In this document: positions 10,498-18,407 of the stretch, piece by piece
Position numbering within the stretch: position 1 is the first letter of the stretch
Layout: each line of letters opens with the position of its first letter
Assembly: GCA_963662275.1 (NCBI GenBank)
Contig: OY759316.1
Location: forward strand, 352,001-416,000
DNA: 64,000 nt
Origin: Candidatus Cloacimonadales bacterium
GTDB taxonomy: Bacteria; Cloacimonadota; Cloacimonadia; Cloacimonadales; DAONDQ01
Direction of reading: 5' to 3'
The notes under the pieces: generated by a model
Told to the model about the DNA's origin: nothing
Databases searched by the model: none
Seen by the model: only the letters and a program-made list of their open reading frames with translations
Translations under genes and position numbers: made by a program

Positions 10498-10530
10498 GAG
10501 CCGCGGATCGATGGGATACGCGGTTTTTTT
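10498..10530 (+). terminator. Second intrinsic terminator-like hairpin
   Basis: GAGCCGCG...CGCGGTTT stem plus T7 tract. Confidence 0.55.
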
Positions 10531-10557
10531 GTGGAAAAATGAAATTGGAACGAAAGA

Positions 10558-11005
10558 GACCCCCCTACCCCCCTTCTCAAGGGGGGATAAGTCAAAGCCT
10601 TCTCAAGGGGGGATAAGTCAAAGCCTTCTCAAAGGGGGATAAGTCAAAGCCTTCTCAAAGGGGGATAAGTCAAAGCCTTCTCAAAGGGGGATAAGTCAAA
10701 GCCTTCTCAAGGGGGGATAAGTCAAAGCCTTCTCAAGGGGGGATAAGTCAAAGCCTTCTCAAGGGGGGATAAGTCAAAGCCTTCTCAAGGGGGGATAAGT
10801 CAAAGCCTTCTCAAGGGGGGATAAGTCAAAGCCTTCTCAAAGGGGGATAAGTCAAAGCCTTCTCAAAGGGGGATAAGTCAAAGCCTTCTCAAAGGGGGAT
10901 AAGTCAGAAGCCTTCTCAAGGGAGGATAAGTCAAAGCCTTCTCAAGGGGTAGGGGCAATAGCTACGCTTCCTAAATCCCCCCTTGAGAAGGGGGGTAGGG
11001 GGGTC
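10558..11005. repeat. Family D REP-like inverted pair enclosing a 26-bp tandem array (14 full copies + 1 partial)
   Basis: Unit CCTTCTCAARGGGGGATAAGTCAAAG from 10572; flanks GACCCCCCTACCCCCCTTCTCAAGGGGGGAT and its reverse complement ending at 11005. Confidence 0.92.
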
Positions 11006-11039
11006 GAAACGGGATTAGAAAAAATAGGAGATTATTAAA

Positions 11040-12902
11040 ATGCAACGCTTGAAATTGTTATGGGATTTGTTAAAAGGAAGCAGGACATTATACGTGCTTG
11101 CCATTGTATCGGTTGGAATGGCAACATTATTTTCATTTATGTCACCGCTTGTTTTGCGGACGACGATAGATTCAGTATTAGGGAAAAAGGCGATTGATCT
11201 GCCTTTGTGGTTTGTCCATTTGATTCATGGAGAGGCTGGAATCAACTATGTTGCGCATAATCTGTGGGTTGCAGGTGTGCTGTTATTCATGATAGCAGGT
11301 TTCGCCAGCATATTCCAGTATTTAAAAGGCAGATGGTCTGCCCAGGCTTCAGAAAGATTTGCCAGGATATTACGAGATAGATTGTATGATCATCTTCAGC
11401 GCTTACCATTCTCCTATCATGCCAAGGCTGAAACCGGAGATTTGGTTCAACGCTGTACTTCTGATGTAGACACAATCCGCAGATTTCTCTCTATTCAATT
11501 GGTGGAAGTTGGACGTGCTATCATCATGCTAATCCTGGTAATTCCCATCATGCTGTATCTGAATGTGAAGATGACGATTATGTCTATGGCAATTATACCT
11601 GTGATATTTGCTTATGCTGTCATCTTTTTCATCAAGGTGAAAGCAGCCTTTAAAATAGCCGATGAAGCAGAAGGTGCGCTTACAACAGTATTACAGGAAG
11701 CTCTAAGTGGTATTCGTGTCGTAAGAGCATTTGCCCGCCAGAAATATGAGTTAGCCAAGTTTGAGCAGAAGAATGAAGATATGCGTAATAAGATATACTG
11801 GCTGATTCGTCTTCTTGCCTGGTACTGGTCAGTATCCGATTTCCTCTGTATGCTCCAGATAGGTATTGTATTGTTGATCGGTTCATATTATGCCATGGGC
11901 GGTGAGATTACACTGGGTACTTTAATTGTATTCATGACATATGAAGGTTCCATGCTATGGCCTATCAGGCAGATGGGACGTGTTTTGACCGATATGGGAA
12001 AAGCACTTGTATCACTGACACGTGTGAATGAGATCTTAAGTGAACCGATTGAAATTGTGGAAGGCACAACAGAGCTATCAGATGATTATCAGTTTAAGGG
12101 TGAAATTGAATTCAGAAAACTTAGTTTTGGATACTCTGATGAACATCTGATTTTGAAGGATGTGGATTTTCACGCAGAACCGGGACAGACAATTGCCATT
12201 CTCGGTGCAACGGGTTCAGGAAAATCAACGCTGGTGAATTTGATCCCGAGACTGTATGATTACCATTATGGTTCAATATTGTTGGATGGACATGAACTGA
12301 ACACTATAGACCGGAAGTTGCTGAGAAAGCAAGTCGGAATTGTATTGCAAGAACCATATCTGTATTCGAAGACATTGAAGCAGAATATCAGCCTGGCTAA
12401 TCATTTAGCAGCGGATGAGGATATATTTGAAGCAGCACGTGTGGCATCGGTTCATGATGTGATTCTTGCCTTTGAACAAGGCTATGAAACGGCAGTTGGT
12501 GAGAAAGGCGTGACGTTATCAGGTGGACAGAAGCAGCGAGTCGCCATAGCACGTGCAATTCTGCAGGATGTTTCCATCCTGATATTTGATGATTCATTAA
12601 GTGCTGTGGATACGGAAACAGATCGTCATATCCAGAATGCTCTGAAAACAAGAAAAGGGAAAGCGACTACATTCATCATCTCCCATCGATTGACGACATT
12701 ATCCCAAGCGGATAAGATTCTTGTGCTGGAAAAGGGGACAATCGTTGAATCTGGAACGCATGAGGAATTGATTGAACATGCCGGCGTATATCAAAGAATC
12801 TGGAATTTGCAGAATAATCTGGATGAAGAAATTGAATTGGGTATCCAATTAACAGAAAAGAAAGTCACTGCAGTTGCTGCTGCTGCTGATTTCGCAGTAT
12901 AA
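11040..12902 (+). CDS. ABC exporter half-transporter (TMD+NBD), subunit with degenerate Walker B
   Basis: N-terminal TM domain, GATGSGKS, LSGGQ, ILIFDDS (D in place of catalytic E), SHR. Confidence 0.95.
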   Translation: MQRLKLLWDLLKGSRTLYVLAIVSVGMATLFSFMSPLVLRTTIDSVLGKKAIDLPLWFVHLIHGEAGINYVAHNLWVAGVLLFMIAGFASIFQYLKGRWSAQASERFARILRDRLYDHLQRLPFSYHAKAETGDLVQRCTSDVDTIRRFLSIQLVEVGRAIIMLILVIPIMLYLNVKMTIMSMAIIPVIFAYAVIFFIKVKAAFKIADEAEGALTTVLQEALSGIRVVRAFARQKYELAKFEQKNEDMRNKIYWLIRLLAWYWSVSDFLCMLQIGIVLLIGSYYAMGGEITLGTLIVFMTYEGSMLWPIRQMGRVLTDMGKALVSLTRVNEILSEPIEIVEGTTELSDDYQFKGEIEFRKLSFGYSDEHLILKDVDFHAEPGQTIAILGATGSGKSTLVNLIPRLYDYHYGSILLDGHELNTIDRKLLRKQVGIVLQEPYLYSKTLKQNISLANHLAADEDIFEAARVASVHDVILAFEQGYETAVGEKGVTLSGGQKQRVAIARAILQDVSILIFDDSLSAVDTETDRHIQNALKTRKGKATTFIISHRLTTLSQADKILVLEKGTIVESGTHEELIEHAGVYQRIWNLQNNLDEEIELGIQLTEKKVTAVAAAADFAV

Positions 12903-12913
12903 GGTTTTGGAGT

Positions 12914-13010
12914 TTACATGAAAGCTAAGAGTTTGGAGTTCAGATTTCCTTCGAATCTACTACGACTTCTCAAGTAATAGGAAATTCGGACTTCAAAATC
13001 GACCTTTCAT
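12914..13010 (+). repeat. ~95-bp dispersed intergenic repeat (family H)
   Basis: Reverse complement closely matches 42914-43011; degenerate copies ~5790-5875 and ~14985-15057. Confidence 0.7.
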
Positions 13011-13162
13011 CATCGGTAGCGAAAACCCGTTTTCAATTAAGTTCAAAACCGACATTTCATGTCAAGTAGTGAAAACCTACTTTCATGAGAAATTGAGATT
13101 AAACGTTGTAGGATTCAGCAGGAACAGCGTCCTGCTCTACATAGATACTAAAGGAGAAATCC

Positions 13163-14974
13163 ATGTCTACCACTGTTTTTAAAGAAAAAGAATATTCAAA
13201 GCGCTTTGATTTATCTTTATGGGTGAAAGTACTCAAACAAACAAAGCCATACAGAAAGGAAATGATCTTTCTTTCACTCGTCATGGGAATGGTAGCAGCC
13301 GTAGATGCTCTTTTTCCACAAATGACCAAGATAGCGATCGATCATTTCGTAACGCCCAGGCACTTTAGAGGATTGTTGACCTATACCTTGCAATACTTGG
13401 GGCTTATACTAGTCCAGGTAGTGAACATCTGGCTGTTGATCGCTGTGGCGGGAAAAGTCGAGACCAGTATTAATTATACTTTAAGGAAGAAAGGATATGA
13501 GCGCTTGCAGGCACTGTCTTTCTCCTACTATGATGTAACACCAGTTGGGTGGTTGATCAGCAGGATGACATCTGATATAGGACGATTAGGTGACTTGATT
13601 GCCTGGGGTATTGTTGATTTTGCCTGGGGTGTTTTCATGATGATATTCGTGATGGGTTTCATGTTTTCGATGAACTGGAAACTGGCGCTGCTTGTCATCA
13701 GTATGATTCCTCTACTAGTTTGGGTCAGCAGCAAATTCCAAATATCCATATTAAAAAGCTATAGGGAAGTGAGAAAGACGAATTCACAGATCACCGGTTC
13801 CTTTAATGAAGGAATTATGGGAGCTAAGACAACGAAGACCTTGGTTCGTGAAGATGAGAATCTGCATGAATTTAAAAGTCTAACATCGACGATGTACCAT
13901 TCTTCGGTTAGAGCCGCAGTCCTTTCTTCCCTATACTTCCCAATTGTGCTATTGATCGGCACCCTGGGAGGCGCATTAGTCCTCTGGGTTGGCGGGTACC
14001 AGGTCGGGGCTCAAATCATCACTTATGGTACTTTGGTTGCCTTTATGGCTTATGCTAGCCAGTTCTTTGAACCGATATCCAATATGGCGAGGATATTCGC
14101 AGAAATGCAAAATGCCCAGGCAGCGGCAGAGCGTATATTTTCCATGATGGAAACCGAGCCGGATATTATGGATGGAGATGATATTATTACAGATGAATCC
14201 ATACTATCCAAACCCATGAAAGGAGAAATTGAATTCAAGAATGTCAGTTTCCAATATAAGGAAGGGGAGAAAGTACTTGAGAATTTCAATCTGCATCTGA
14301 AACCAGGTCAGAAGATTGCCTTGGTTGGTGAGACCGGCTCAGGCAAGAGCACGATTGTTAACCTGATCTGTCGTTTTTATCAACCTACTGAAGGTCAGAT
14401 ATTGATTGATGGCATAGATTATACTAAGTTACCGCTTCATTGGCTTCAATCGAAGCTGGGGTATGTATTACAGAATCCTCATCTGTTCAGTGGTAGCATT
14501 CGGGACAATATCCGTTATGGCAGGTTGGATGCTACGGATGTGGAGATCGAGCATGTATGCAGATTAGTGAATGCTCATGAGTTCATCATAGAATTTGAGA
14601 AAGGTTATGAGCATGAAGTGGGTGAAGGAGGAAACTTATTATCCACAGGGCAAAAACAGCTAATCTCATTTGCACGGGCATTATTGGCAAACCCGGCGTT
14701 ATTTATCCTTGATGAAGCCACTTCTTCTGTAGACACAGAGACGGAAGTTTTGATTCAGAAAGCCATTGATAAAGTCCTGGAAGGAAGAACGAGTTTCATT
14801 ATTGCTCATCGGTTATCGACAATACGTTCTGCAGACAGGATATTGGTAATTCAGGATGGTAAAATAATAGAAGATGGTAGTCACCAAACCTTGATACACC
14901 AGCGAGGGCATTACTATCGACTGTACACGAATCAATTCCTGGAAGAGAAGGAATTGGAAATATTGGCTTCGTAA
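13163..14974 (+). CDS. ABC exporter half-transporter (TMD+NBD), partner subunit
   Basis: GETGSGKS, degenerate signature LSTGQ, ILDEATS, AHR; asymmetric TM287/TM288-type pair. Confidence 0.95.
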   Translation: MSTTVFKEKEYSKRFDLSLWVKVLKQTKPYRKEMIFLSLVMGMVAAVDALFPQMTKIAIDHFVTPRHFRGLLTYTLQYLGLILVQVVNIWLLIAVAGKVETSINYTLRKKGYERLQALSFSYYDVTPVGWLISRMTSDIGRLGDLIAWGIVDFAWGVFMMIFVMGFMFSMNWKLALLVISMIPLLVWVSSKFQISILKSYREVRKTNSQITGSFNEGIMGAKTTKTLVREDENLHEFKSLTSTMYHSSVRAAVLSSLYFPIVLLIGTLGGALVLWVGGYQVGAQIITYGTLVAFMAYASQFFEPISNMARIFAEMQNAQAAAERIFSMMETEPDIMDGDDIITDESILSKPMKGEIEFKNVSFQYKEGEKVLENFNLHLKPGQKIALVGETGSGKSTIVNLICRFYQPTEGQILIDGIDYTKLPLHWLQSKLGYVLQNPHLFSGSIRDNIRYGRLDATDVEIEHVCRLVNAHEFIIEFEKGYEHEVGEGGNLLSTGQKQLISFARALLANPALFILDEATSSVDTETEVLIQKAIDKVLEGRTSFIIAHRLSTIRSADRILVIQDGKIIEDGSHQTLIHQRGHYYRLYTNQFLEEKELEILAS

Positions 14975-15161
14975 AGTAAACTAAAAACTTGGAGTTCAAA
15001 TCGCCTTCGCTTGCTTATGTTTGTATCGAATGTAAAGGCGATTCGGACTTTCAAGTTTTTATATCTACACTGTGAATGTCGGGCGGTAGCTCCGCTTTTA
15101 CGCGGTTATAGCATAGGACTCCGATGGCTTCGAAATACATACATACGAAAGTATGTGCTAC

Positions 15162-15191
15162 AAAAAAAAGGGCGAGTTTGCACTCGCCCTT
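15162..15191 (-). terminator. Intrinsic terminator after the 5'-nucleotidase gene
   Basis: AAGGGCGAGT-ttgc-ACTCGCCCTT stem with A8 on + strand (T8 on -). Confidence 0.75.
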
Positions 15192-15212
15192 CATATATAT
15201 AGCTTGGAATTC

Positions 15213-16889
15213 TTACTTAGGTAAGGACTCCAAGGCTTTTTTCAAATCAGGAGTAATTGAAGAACGATCATCTCTTTTCCATCTATCATCAATCTTAGTA
15301 CGGATTGGTGAATTCTTTTTAATGTAATTCACAATACCATCACGCAAGTTTGTCTGATAATTCGTGATTTGATCTTCAGGTACAGAAGTTAAAAAAGTAA
15401 GTCCAGCATTTCCCTGCATCAGGAAATCGGTTGTTGCAACTTTATACATTTTGTTTGGATCCCAAGGCTTACCATTGATGAGCAGTTTTGTGACACGATC
15501 CATATCCGGACGCTGTTTATTATAAACAACATTAGCACCGGAAACAAGCAGACCATGACGTCCTCCAGCAACACGTAATTCGATGATCTTTTTCAGGAAA
15601 GCACCGTTACACATGAAGGAAACGATTTGATTATCGAAAGGCATCACATCGAAAACCTGGCGATAAGTGACTGGTCCAACAGGAATCTGACCACGTACAC
15701 CACCAAGATTGAGGAATGCAAAATCAGCACCAACTTCTTCTCTGGTTGCATCTGTACACATATTACCGATTAGACTCTGAGCATCCACGTTTTCCTTGGA
15801 AAGGAAAACAGAGGCTTCTCCAACAACTTCATCCATTCCCTTTTCTGCTATTGCCTGCTCAGCTTTGATGTTTTTGGAAATTTCCTCATCCGGAAGAAAT
15901 TCATCATCAAACAAAGTTACAAGCACTCCTTCACGAACAGCAGGTAATTCATAACCTTCAATCTTTTTTGTCTTTGGATCGATATTCAGTGTGATGATAC
16001 CGAGGTTGCTGCCATAGGCATAACCTGTCATAACAAGTGTATGAGTGATGGGGTCTGACCAAGGTTTGGCAAAACCCTTATGCATATGTCCACCGAAGAA
16101 GATATCGATACCGGGTACTTCATGAGCTATTTCCTGTGCATCATAACCCCAGTAGCGTTCTAAGTTCTTACTCGAACCATCAGCATTATAACGGCTTTGA
16201 TAGGCAGGTTCGGGATCATAAGGAAGCCCCATATGACCAACGACAATGATCAAATCAGCACCTTCAGCTTTTACGATGGGAATATACTTATTCAAAGCTT
16301 CTTTTTCATCAGTAAATTCCAAACCTCTGATATTATCAGGAAAACTCATTTTCGCAATATCAGTTGTACACAAACCAATAACACCTATCTTTAAACCTAT
16401 TTTTTGAATAATGACATAAGGGCGTATGTATGGTGGTATTTCTTGTGTAGCTGGATTAATCAGGTTGGAACAAAGAATAGGAAATTTAGCCGTCGAGATA
16501 GCATCAATTAGTGCTTGCTCACCAGTATCATAATCATGGTTACCAAGTGCTAAAGCATCATATCCGATAGCATTGTAATAATTGATAATCGCTTTACCCT
16601 TGGTCACTGTACCGATTGGATGTCCCTGGAAGAAGTCCCCTGCATCAAGCAGCAAAGTTGCTTCTTTTGGACCTGACAAGGCACGATAATCTTTGATTAC
16701 CGTTGCGGCAGTACCGCCGCCACCCAACATAGGCGGGAAATCGGGATTGATGAATGTTGCAGGTGTACGATCAATACCACCATGTACATCATTCGTAAAA
16801 AGTATGTCCAGCTTCAGACTTTCAGCGCATAGCAATGATGATGATAGGCTGATCAGCAGAACAAGTGGCAGGAAATTTATCCATTTCAT
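15213..16889 (-). CDS. Secreted 5'-nucleotidase / UDP-sugar hydrolase (UshA-like metallophosphoesterase)
   Basis: Signal peptide; NDVHG, DAGDFFQG, GNHDYD, GHMG, GGHMH; C-terminal NLGGVR, MPFDN, TDFL. Confidence 0.93.
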   Translation of the reverse strand: MKWINFLPLVLLISLSSSLLCAESLKLDILFTNDVHGGIDRTPATFINPDFPPMLGGGGTAATVIKDYRALSGPKEATLLLDAGDFFQGHPIGTVTKGKAIINYYNAIGYDALALGNHDYDTGEQALIDAISTAKFPILCSNLINPATQEIPPYIRPYVIIQKIGLKIGVIGLCTTDIAKMSFPDNIRGLEFTDEKEALNKYIPIVKAEGADLIIVVGHMGLPYDPEPAYQSRYNADGSSKNLERYWGYDAQEIAHEVPGIDIFFGGHMHKGFAKPWSDPITHTLVMTGYAYGSNLGIITLNIDPKTKKIEGYELPAVREGVLVTLFDDEFLPDEEISKNIKAEQAIAEKGMDEVVGEASVFLSKENVDAQSLIGNMCTDATREEVGADFAFLNLGGVRGQIPVGPVTYRQVFDVMPFDNQIVSFMCNGAFLKKIIELRVAGGRHGLLVSGANVVYNKQRPDMDRVTKLLINGKPWDPNKMYKVATTDFLMQGNAGLTFLTSVPEDQITNYQTNLRDGIVNYIKKNSPIRTKIDDRWKRDDRSSITPDLKKALESLPK

Positions 16890-16935
16890 AATGTATCCTT
16901 ATTATTCAGTGCTTTTCTCATGGAAAGCTCTAACA

Positions 16936-18390
16936 TTACCAAGTGTATGTAATAGAAGCTAGAACCTTAACGAAAGTTTCACGTATAGCATCCGGATTTT
17001 CCCAACCACGATCAGCCAAGGTAATTGGATGCGATGAATTCATCCAAACCAGATAAGCTGCTGATCCCGGATTATATAGTTTATCATTGTAATAAGTATC
17101 CTGGAAAAGATCTAATGCTTCATAAGTGCGGAATGAATATGAGACGGCAAAGTCAAAATATACTTTGTTACTGATCGAATATCCTGTACCTGCACTGAAA
17201 GAAGGTGTGATGATCTTATTCGCATACACCGTGTAGTCATCTGAGATAGTCTGGAAAGTAGTTTCCGTACTAAAACCAGCACGGAGTGGGAATCTACCGG
17301 TAATACCATGTTCGATACCTACGGAATAATTGAGCACATTATGATCAAAATGTTCATCAGTTTCATACCAGTTCACTATTTCTACTTCTGCATTGAAATT
17401 CGTTCTCAGGATATTTCGAGGGGTATAACTAAGTCCCATTCTAAAGGAAGAAGGCATAGTATAGCCTTGTAAAGCTAAACTATCTTCATAAGTTTTGGCT
17501 ACTTGCACTGGAATATCGTTTTCACCATAAATATCCTTGAAACTATCAAATTTGCTCGTTACAGAAAGTTCGGATTTACTTGTGTATCTGAAACCTAAGG
17601 TGAAACGTTCTGTCCATTGACCCAACCAGCCAAACTGTAACTGACTACCATTAAAGTTCCTAGAGATACTCTTTGTATAATCCGGTAACAGATTATGACC
17701 TGGATTAGCGATGTTGGAGGTACTCGCAATAACTGTTCGGATAGCCCAATCCGACCAGCGGATCTTTGTTTCCTGTTCATTATTACCAGTCAAAGAAGCA
17801 TACTTGAAGCCAAATGACATCTTACTCATATCAGATTCAATCATATAAGCAAAATTGATACCTGTGGAATTCATCTTTCCCTTGTTCGTGATGAAGTTTT
17901 TAGCAATGATTTCCGGGTAAGTGTCATTATCGCTGTTACGATTATTACGAACTTCTTCGCGGTATTTAGAGCTAAAATCGACAATCGGCATGACTTCCAA
18001 ACCAAGTGCACAAGTACCACTTCCAAAATGCGTCGTCGTCATAACGGTACCTGCATAATCGTCAAATCCATGTGTGTTGGAAGCATATACAGCATCAGCA
18101 ATATAGTTATCAAATGAATTATAGAAAGGTAAACTGCGGGTTTCTTCCAACTGTGTTGAACCTAGAGATAATTCAGCCGCAAATTTGGCATTCAGCATCG
18201 CAGCAACAGCAGGATTGAGATTTGCATTCATGGGTCTTGCTCCAATCGTCATACCCGTATTTCCCATTGCCATGGAACGCGCATCAAAGGATAAGATTCG
18301 GTTACCGAAGGCACTGTCGGTGAGTGAATAAGAAAAAAGAGAAAAGGCTGCTAAGAGCAGGCTCAGACAGAATAAATATCTTTTATTCAT
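16936..18390 (-). CDS. Outer-membrane beta-barrel protein (FadL/PorV-like N-terminus)
   Basis: GGAGGA SD before ATG 18390; signal peptide; DARSMAMG..NPA motif; C-terminal SITYTW. Confidence 0.7.
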   Translation of the reverse strand: MNKRYLFCLSLLLAAFSLFSYSLTDSAFGNRILSFDARSMAMGNTGMTIGARPMNANLNPAVAAMLNAKFAAELSLGSTQLEETRSLPFYNSFDNYIADAVYASNTHGFDDYAGTVMTTTHFGSGTCALGLEVMPIVDFSSKYREEVRNNRNSDNDTYPEIIAKNFITNKGKMNSTGINFAYMIESDMSKMSFGFKYASLTGNNEQETKIRWSDWAIRTVIASTSNIANPGHNLLPDYTKSISRNFNGSQLQFGWLGQWTERFTLGFRYTSKSELSVTSKFDSFKDIYGENDIPVQVAKTYEDSLALQGYTMPSSFRMGLSYTPRNILRTNFNAEVEIVNWYETDEHFDHNVLNYSVGIEHGITGRFPLRAGFSTETTFQTISDDYTVYANKIITPSFSAGTGYSISNKVYFDFAVSYSFRTYEALDLFQDTYYNDKLYNPGSAAYLVWMNSSHPITLADRGWENPDAIRETFVKVLASITYTW

Positions 18391-18407
18391 GGGTCCTCCC
18401 AAATGTA

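Noticed and set aside
10360..10542. 60-aa ORF upstream of the ABC genes
   Set aside because: TTG start without a good SD, runs through both terminators; the 29-aa frame fits better
10572..10950. CRISPR array
   Set aside because: 26-bp units are contiguous with no unique spacers; no cas genes in the window
12864..12902. ssrA-tag-like tail (VTAVAAAADFAV) on the first ABC subunit
   Set aside because: Only superficial Ala-rich similarity; lacks the terminal LAA/AA and no tmRNA sequence is evident
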